Below the pieces are notes generated by a model. The model worked only from the letters and a program-made list of their open reading frames with translations, did no database searches and was not told the DNA's origin. This document shows, piece after piece, positions 55,483-64,000 of a DNA stretch of 64,000 bases (positions are counted from its first letter, which is position 1; each line of letters begins with the position of its first letter). The stretch spans positions 62,001 through 126,000 of the forward strand of contig MCFE01000137.1 in assembly GCA_002104905.1 (NCBI GenBank), in the 5' to 3' direction. The DNA comes from Basidiobolus meristosporus CBS 931.73. Taxonomy: Eukaryota > Fungi > Basidiobolomycota. The translations under genes and the position numbers were made by a program.

Positions 55483-56382
55483 ATGAAGCTTAGCCGTGTC
55501 TTCATTCTAACCATGAAGACATCCCAGCTCATGTTTACGTCTGCTTTTAGCTACCGCGCAACTGCTTTCACGCTTCCTTCTTCCCTTCCATCCTGGCCTT
55601 ACTACCCTTATGTAGACCATAGTTACCCTCCGCCTCCTTCCTCTCTTCCGTTCCCTCACCAATACTCGACGTATAAGCCTCCCATGGCTCCAAGGCGAAG
55701 CTCCGTTAGTAAGCACGCAAACCTCATGAAGAGTGAGGAAATTATGAACCTAGATATCAGCCATCTGGCTTATTTCTGTGCTGACATGGTGTGTTCCATT
55801 TGGCACTTTAATTCCGGTCTTCTAGAAATCCCCGCTGATCGAGCGTTTCAAGCGTTCTGTCGCCAGGTGCTCTCCTCCACCCAGGTCCCATTACCGGTCG
55901 TTCTCCTTGCCTTAATATATATCCAACGCTTTAAAGGCTCAAGTCCCGCTACAAAAGGAGCTGACAGCTCTGAGGGACGGCTATTTGCTGTTTCCCTCAT
56001 GTTAGCCAACAAGTATTTAGATGACAATGCCTTTACCAACCGCACGTGGTCGGAAGTCACCGGAATCCCCCTACAGGAGATCAACATAATGGAGAAGGAG
56101 TTTTTAACCGTTCTCTCGTTCAATCTTAATGTTACCAATAGAGAGTTAAAGGGGTGGTCCAAGTCGCTCAAAGACCACCTCAACTACCAGAAAACTTTAA
56201 GAGCCGCCGAAAACGTTGATAGCTCGAGCATGCCCTCTTATCATTATAATCACCGCGGCAATTTCTACTGGTCCTACTGGAATCCCTTCATGACCAGCTT
56301 TAATCCATCTTACAATTTCTTTCCCAACCTTTCTACTTGTAAGTATACCTTTCCATTTACTTATTGTCAATTGCCAGCCTAA
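55483..56382 (+). CDS. Pho80/Pcl/Clg1-type cyclin (both ends uncertain, introns likely)
   Basis: FCRQVLSSTQV...VVLLALIYIQRFK and RLFAVSLMLANKYLDDNAFTNRTWSEVTGIPLQEINIMEKEFL..L.FNL. Confidence 0.88.
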   Translation: MKLSRVFILTMKTSQLMFTSAFSYRATAFTLPSSLPSWPYYPYVDHSYPPPPSSLPFPHQYSTYKPPMAPRRSSVSKHANLMKSEEIMNLDISHLAYFCADMVCSIWHFNSGLLEIPADRAFQAFCRQVLSSTQVPLPVVLLALIYIQRFKGSSPATKGADSSEGRLFAVSLMLANKYLDDNAFTNRTWSEVTGIPLQEINIMEKEFLTVLSFNLNVTNRELKGWSKSLKDHLNYQKTLRAAENVDSSSMPSYHYNHRGNFYWSYWNPFMTSFNPSYNFFPNLSTCKYTFPFTYCQLPA

Positions 56383-59300
56383 ATTCCCCCACAAACCCGT
56401 ATTTCGTTTCGTATAATCTTTTGCATTCTGCCTACTCTAATCGTTCTATCCACCCCCTTTTGTCGTAATTACACTCGAGGCTACCCTTTTCACGCAAATC
56501 GCACATTCATTTCGTTTTTGGCTTTTCATAAGTATGTTAGATTATTCCGTCTTCTTTTTTGGCCCCCCGCTCCTTATTTTGCATAATTATTCATCGCATA
56601 ATTTTTCCCTCACAAAAAAGTAATTCTATTCCTTCCCAGATTCTTTTGCAAAGAATGGCACACCCCACCCCTTGTTTTATATCATTTGACACTTCATTCA
56701 TGCCGCCGTTTTTTTGTATATATACAATCTGGTTAGCAAGGGAGATGTCCAGACATTGAACAAGGTTCACCTCCCAATGGCCTGCTTAGAGGTTCTTCTG
56801 ATGCCGGCATCATAGCTCGAAAGCTGTTGCTTCTGTCATTGCTGTTCCTCTATGATTGAACCTAGTCGTGAAAGTTAGCTCGGATATCTGAGGTGCACTC
56901 AACTACCAGCTTTTCAGGATGGAGCGACCGCGTTTAGTTCTCTGAGTGTTAGTTTCCCGGCCATGAACGAAACATCAAACCAGCTCTTGTGTTTACCCTT
57001 TTAATCTATTCGAGAAGGATTTCGCGAGTGTAGTCTTTATTATTTTTTGGATGAGGTTCCGCTCCCATGCCCCATCTCCCTTTGTTGTTCCGCCCATTCA
57101 ATATTTCGCTTCATTTATATCGCCCGTTATGGGAAGAAGAATGCAAAAGAAATAATCAAGGTTTATCTACCAACATTTCGTTATTCGTAGTATTTATCAA
57201 GAATTCTAGCGGTATGAATTATCGGAGCCAGTGAAGTCTCTTCCAGTACTGGGCATCCTTGCTTTCTCCTTCGCGAGTAGTTGAACCATGTAGCACAACT
57301 GGTATTGATCCGACTATTGGCAATGAACACGATCGTTTCCCTCTGCTAATCCGAGCCGTTGCGATGGGGTAGGATTGCCATATAGGCAACGTAGCCAGCA
57401 TATCGCTTCCATAACAGTTATTTATCAAGTGATTCGGTTTTCAAGTAATAATTCCGGTCGACATTAAGAAAAATATCAATCAAAACAGATAGAGTGAAAT
57501 TTAGATTGACCGAAGGACAAGGGGGGATTTCGTCTACATTATATTTATAGCCGGTAGTACTTGTACACTCGGGTTAAGAATCTGAATGCTCAGCACATTA
57601 ATGACAAGTTTGCATTAAACCACAGCAGGCTGATTTCAATGAAAGAGTCCTTTAACATATTTACGGGTTTTCTTGGTGCGCTTTTTTAATGAGGAGCTGA
57701 GTGAGCGGATCGGAAAAGTAAAGAAACGTAGCCTCCATGCACGAAGTAAATTCATTGATATAGTTAGTGTGGAAGGTTTATGGTTTTTTCAACAGAAATT
57801 TTGCTCCACGAGCTACTTATAGGTTCCAAGTGCTTGCAAGTGTATGCCGGTATCAAGATTTCCATGTGGTTGATGTGCCATATGTCTCTACTATGCACAG
57901 CCTGCCTCTAGCTAAATCATACCACCATGAGTATAGTACGTCATGTTGTTAGGGTCTAAGCCCTCGAAGCTAAAAAAATTGTATTCTTAGCTGAGAATCG
58001 GTTGCAAATCCGTAAAATTTATATGAATGAATGGCCTACTTATAAGCTGTTAATTTATAGAACTGTTATTTGGTGCTGTATTGATAATGGCTGACCTTGC
58101 AGTAAGCAGCAACGGTTTGATTTGTGTTTAATACCTAAATAATGGTTAGCAGATAGCGTGCCGTTGAGACCACCCGCTCGAAATAAATTTTTCCCCGTAT
58201 AAACCTGCCGCTATGATTTTCCCTATCGTACCGCCATGTTACATCTTTATCTCTACATGGAGTAACGTAGGTTTCCTCACTATTCTATAGGAACCATCAA
58301 ACCTATAATGAATATTAATGTCTGGCTCAACGATGCAGGATTTTAAGGAATCTCCCTATAACGTGTGAAATAATTGAGGGCAGAATCTTCACCAATCAGC
58401 AGATATATTGAAGGGTACCCCAAGCTTACGAGAGGGTAAGGTTAAACAGATATACGGATCCCAAGTATAATACCAACGTTGCAATACCAGCGGAACCCGG
58501 GTATGTCTTCAGGCTAACATTATACGGTACTTCAAATTCCCACATATCACCCATCTGCAATTCCGACTTGGCAACGATTCGGAACGAAAAATTCGGTTGG
58601 CAAGGAATAGATGGTAAAATAAAAACTATTGATTGATACATTGATTTATAGAAGTTCTTGATAATCATTACCCAAATACATGTCGACCAAAACTATATAC
58701 TAGTAACGAAAAATGTAGTAGGTTACATCGGCTATTTAGTTGGATTCTCAGCCTTTTTTTTCGCTTCCTCTTCTCTCCGTAGTGCATGATATTAGGAGCT
58801 TCGTCAAATATTCTCGTTTACGTCCAAAAGAGAATTTCGTCACTGGTGCTCGCTCCTGTGCCAGTCAATGCTCTTCGCTCAAATAAATTACACATCGAAC
58901 TAAAGATTGTACCAAATGCACTTGCATCTGGTTGATCGGAGACGATAACAAATAGTAGGTGTTTGTTTGGGAGAGTCAGTCTGATGTTGACAGTTGTGGT
59001 GACATTGATGACGGAAAAAGGATAGCCACAGTCTATTTCACTCTCAAAACAGGCGAAGCGGTGAGTGTTAAAACACAAGGAGGGGATGTGCTAGTGTTGA
59101 TGAGAGAAGGGTGGAAACATGGCTTCAAGTGGAGTATTACAATAACCGGTCAGATCGAGGTCCTACCCGAAATAACGAAATGGAAAGCTATCTACACAAA
59201 TAACATTCGTCCTCTTCTAAACGTTCAAGCCAGTTGTCGTCGGGCGTTTTGCATCCAGCAAGAATGAGTGTGTATGTGTACCGTGGGCTCGGCAATCTCG

Positions 59301-59446
59301 CTGTCCCCTCTGTCTGCCTCTCTTACTTTCTCCTTTGCTCTCCTAGCATGCACCCGCACCCGCACCCGCACGCATACACCCAGGTGGTCACACTCACACT
59401 CTTGCTCTCGTACTCGTTCTCGCCCTGCTACATGCTCCGACTGTTC

Positions 59447-62157
59447 TTATTGTTGCTCGTACTCCTCTGGCTCTCCACTGCCCATCATGAATGGCGCATG
59501 GCTCGTGAAGTTTCCTCCCATCACCGAGTTCCCCAGCATCGGTAGCGCTCCGACTGTGTTCACTTGCAGATTGCCGTTACCAATCCCCTCGCCGATATTT
59601 GTCTGGTAGCCTCCTCCTTCGACGCCTACTCCTGCTACGGCTCCGACTCCCCCTCCTGCTCCTGCTCCTATTCCATTCGGACGCTCTCCGAACATCTGGC
59701 TTTGCTCAAAGTTCGAGTAGTTCATCTCCTGTGCCTACACGTCCAAAATCTTCATTAGTATCCGTTCTTCTTCATTTTGGCTACTTTCCATTCGGTTGGC
59801 TTCTCAACCCTCGCCTCGCCTCGCCTAGCCTCTCCCCTCTCACCCTCTGCTCTTGCTTTCCCCGCTCCCTATCACTATCCCACTACTACTCCTACAGCCT
59901 CCTCCACCGCCGCTACCGCTCAGCAGTTATATTGATTCAATCATATCGTGTATTTACCTGATTGATTGTTGCCATGGGTGTGAAGCGTTGCCCTCTTCCG
60001 CCGCGCCCGTACTCTTCCACATGCTCGTATCCGTGTGTAGCATTGCTGTCCCCATAAGAGACCCCACTGCTCGCTCCTCCATCCATTCCTCCATATGCCC
60101 CACCAAGCATGCTCCCTTTGGTCCCTCGCGGAAATGCTGACTGGTTGGCTCCTTCCGGATTCAGCCCACTACTCAGCAGAAGCTGAGGTGATGGGAACTG
60201 CCTGCCATCTGATGAGTACATCTCTTCCTCGTAGTTGCGTGCTTGCTGTGCGTGCGCCATTTGGGGGTAATGTTGTTGCTGCTGCTGCTGTGGTGGTAAC
60301 TGCCTTGGATTGACATCTGCAAGTGAATGCCGTCTTGGCTGGTTGTATGGTAAGGTATATGGATCAGCAAGCGAGTGTCTTCGCAGGTAGAGGTGCCGCC
60401 GTTGTGGTGCTGGATGATGGGATCCTTGGGTGGGTGCTACAAAATTGTCATTAAGCTGGGTTACTGTACTGAATCTGGTCAAACCCGCGCTGAACTCCAT
60501 CTCATTCTCACCCCGCTATACCTTGCCATACTCTGCCCTATCTCCACTTCACTCCTATCCTATCCTATCCTATCCTATCCTTTCTTTTCCTTTCCTCTAG
60601 ACTACGCTACACTACTATTCATGAAATTATGAATGTGTGTACTTACTGCTGTATCCTGATTGCATCGATGCCGAGTCTACGGAATGTGGACTGCCTTGCA
60701 CAGACTCGGGGTTGTTCCCTGCTCCTTGTCCAAAGCTCATCCCCATAGGCTCATTCGCTGACGCCAGGGTCTGATTTGCCATCGAGCCAAGATCTTGTGA
60801 GTAAAAGCGAGGCCGGCTGAATTGTTGATTGTATCCTAGACAACACATGGTGTTTGTTAGTAATGCCTTGAATCTGTTTCGTCCCTCCGTCCATGGTGCT
60901 GAAGTCCCCTTCTCCCACTCTCGCTCATATCAAGCTGAAGTCTGTCTCCCCACCGCCTGCTCCGCCACCGTCGCCGTCGCCGCCACCGCCCCCTCCCCAC
61001 ACATCTTCTGCACTCATCGACGGACTCATACACTCTATCATACTCGAAATCACCAACCTTGCTGATTGTACGGCGTCCCTGACGCGAATCCTCCATTGAA
61101 TGTATCCATGTTGACGCTGACCGTACTGCTGTAGCTTGCCGTCTGTTCAATAGTAAACATTGCATTGTTAGTATCGTTGCTTCAGAACTGTCTTCACCTC
61201 TAGAGTGACCAATGCCACTGCTATCACTACGCTCAATTCTCTCTCTCTCTCTCTCTCTCTCTCCCCCTCACTCTCTCTCTTCTGTGCAGCCCAGTGGTTC
61301 TCCTCCACCTTCATGTTTGTAAAACAAGCCCACTCTTTGGCTGCTGCTACTATCGCTGACATTACCGCTACTACGACTTCTACTTACATATTTCCCTATG
61401 ATCTTCTTCAGCGCATATGGCAGCACCTTCCACGGGAACACCTTCACATCCTTCTCGATATTCCTTGGCTTCGGGTTCGGGAACGACATGATCAGCTTGA
61501 AGAACTCCGCCGACTCTGGTTTACATTTCGACACGGTGAGTGGCCGGAACCCTTCTAGGTTCCTTCGGATCCGATTCTTCTCCTCCACCGTGAACCGCAC
61601 CGCTATCAACGACTCCAGCAGATAGATGCAGTCCACGCTGGTGATGAAGTAGTCCTTCTTCTCCTCCCAATAAATGCACGATACCACGATGCTGTTGGGA
61701 CCTCTTTCGGCCGGGGCGACGGGCTGGAAGCCACAGTGGATAACGTTGTTTTTGTGCTGACGCCAAAACTGAACCAGGCGACGCTTCGCCTCATTCTCTT
61801 CGTTGGTCCTATTGGCAATAAAGATTAGGTACATGGTGAAAGTACTACGAGAAGCGTAACATACCAATTCATGGTCATGTCCTCAACCACGCCATTCAAG
61901 CTCAAGGAAGCCTTGTTCAGCAGGGAGGCGTAGGCGTTTTGTACTCTCTCCTGGGCTGGCCCAACCGGTCCAGTTTGTGCGAGGTTGTAGGGAGCGGTGC
62001 TACCAGTAAGGTAATAATGAGACGGGTGCAAGGTTTCCTGCGTTTGCTCAAGATTCATGGGAGTTTTGACGCCTGATCCGTTTTCCTGAGCGGATGCATA
62101 AAATGGTCGCATAGAAAGTTGTGGACTATGGGGAGAGATCATCGACTTTTTGTACAA
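59447..62157 (-). CDS. medA: MedA (medusa)-type developmental transcription factor, ~6 exons
   Basis: RRLVQFWR...SCIYWEE...FITSVDCIYLLESL..VRFTVEEKNRIRRNLEGFRPLTVSK...FPNPKPRNIEKDVKVFPWK..LKKIIGKY-ASYS is the conserved MedA core. Q/G-rich C-terminus. Confidence 0.85.
60556..60581. repeat. (CCTAT)n microsatellite in a medA intron
   Basis: About five CCTAT units read directly. Confidence 0.8.
61238..61279. repeat. (CT)n microsatellite in a medA intron
   Basis: Interrupted CT run read directly. Confidence 0.85.
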
Positions 62158-64000
62158 TCACTTTTGAAAACTATTTGGTAGAAAACTGTCTATTTGAATC
62201 GATAACGGGTAGCAGGATAGTAATTTCAAGTGATTTGTGTAACAAACCTCTAAACAATACAATTATATACGAGGAGCTATGTGGTTGAATAATGAAACAG
62301 AAATTCAGTCGCAGCTAGCGATCTATTCTACCAACGCGACAGATCCAGCGACGTAATAAGAGTGAGATTCAACTTGATAAAATACGGTGAAAAATAGATG
62401 CACCATAGAAAGATCCAGGCAAATTCGCAAAAGGGGCTGATCTTTAAGTAAAACTGGTATGAAACCGGTACAAACAGCAGAAAAGGAAAAGTCAAATGAA
62501 AAGCGATAATGGTGAAGTATCCGTAATGGAGCTCGTGAAATCGGCGGGACCACTTATGGACACATTCTCAGGGTAATAAAATGTCGCCAGAGCTTATCGG
62601 AGTAGCGGTGCTGAGCTGAACGTCGACAATAGCTATGAACCTCTACAAGCATATGCTTTCAGAAATCCCCCCCCCGTGCTGAATCAGCTCGGATCTCGTA
62701 CCCATCTACCAGATCCGACCTCAATGAACACGGATGTTTCAGAAATAGCCCCAAACGTACTTCAACCGTCATGGCCAATGGAAGGAGATGTTTAGTTTAA
62801 TTAAGAATACCAGCAGCTTATCTGCATATCCAAGCTGTAGATGCTATCCAGTCTCAAGCAACTCCCTGGATAGCTCACATTTGAAACCGAATGAAGTACA
62901 TTTGTCTATCAGATCGTTATTAGGGAAGATGCATGATATACTAGGGGCAGCCTAATTGGCCAGAACTCGGATGCTGATGGCTGTGAATTGGCATTCAGCA
63001 CACTGATGATCAGGAGGGATTCAGCATGATACAATCAAATATTCCCATCCTGCTACCTTCGCAGGAAATAAATGAATCTTCACAGCCCGATGAAAGATTG
63101 GTCGAGCCCGCCCTGGTAAATGGCGGCCTCCATTGGTGCGCCTTGTCCCCCGATTGCTGGGTAGATCTTTCAATGGATGCCAAAACCTTCATAAAACAAT
63201 GATCCAAGATATATATTTAGACCTGGTCTGAGTTGTCGGTGAGACATGTTCGGGGGAGTCGCTGCTGTGGATTCCTGTGTGAGGTCACTCATTGGATCAT
63301 GTGTCTCACTCGACTCACTAGCTTTCCCAGATAATCCTGGATACCGAGGGCAATGATTCAGCTGACGTCGACAGGTTTGATAACAACTGCATGCACATGT
63401 CTCATTCGTCTTGTGCGAAATGTTGAGTCAACCGCGACTTCTCGTGCCCATCGATGGGTTGAAATGATGCATCTGCCGAATTCCTCGTAACGATTCTAAC
63501 CCATTTTGTCATCTGGTCGCCTGTCTCGACAACAAACCAAGTTTGATTTGCTCAAACCTTATAAATCCAACACACATGTGATCGTGTACCACGAAAACTT
63601 CCAATCCTTTGGATTGGAGATTGGCGATAATTACCAAGTCTTGATTTCTTCGCAGTCCGATTGAATGCCAACCAACATGAGGGTTTCACCTGCATCAATC
63701 GCTAGCGTAGAGCAAGACAGGCTCACCCAACTGAATAGGCCGTATTCAAGCGTACCAGGAATGCCTCAAGAGGGATAGACTTACTGTCAGAAAAGCAGGT
63801 TGAACTGCGTACGGCATAGGAGGTCCCATGGGCCTGAGCGGCTGTAGTGCCAGGGTGACAAAAAACCAAGAAAATCTGGTAGCCGATGCGATGACCGTAG
63901 GGATTGGTTCTTGAAGCGTCTAAACATTCTCTGTGTCCTGGGCTCCAATAGAAGGCCTTGCCAAACGAGTGAAATCTCACGAATTACCAGTCGACAGGAT

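Noticed and set aside
62700-64000. Short ORFs at the window end
   Set aside because: Frames are interrupted and unassignable. They may belong to a feature extending beyond the window.

Overview
Eukaryotic, intron-containing DNA from a fungus. Short ~60-80 nt introns plus velvet and MedA genes point to an early-diverging lineage (Basidiobolus-like is a guess only). The window alternates between CpG-depleted repeat islands (~1-11.1 kb, ~25.2-27.2 kb, ~32.8-43.7 kb) and CpG-normal gene blocks. The repeat islands hold: (i) a 734-bp, almost fully palindromic non-coding element (347-bp arms, 40-bp spacer, 3-bp AWT target duplication) inserted into another copy of itself, with an empty site visible in a neighbouring tandem repeat; (ii) one Ty1/copia family (349-bp LTR, Ty5-type PBS matching the tRNAiMet anticodon arm), present as one near-intact copy and many LTR/gag/pol fragments joined into each other; (iii) a 1.17-kb non-autonomous TIR element. 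The gene blocks encode an S6K-like AGC kinase, a PH-domain protein, a velvet protein, a probably secreted Zn-deaminase, eIF4E, DUS4, an intronless bacterial-looking GNAT, two convergent BTB-like paralogues, a PPxY protein, PMS1/PMS2, ERV29/SURF4, RCM1/NSUN5, a Pho80-type cyclin and MedA. All alignments and counts were done by eye.
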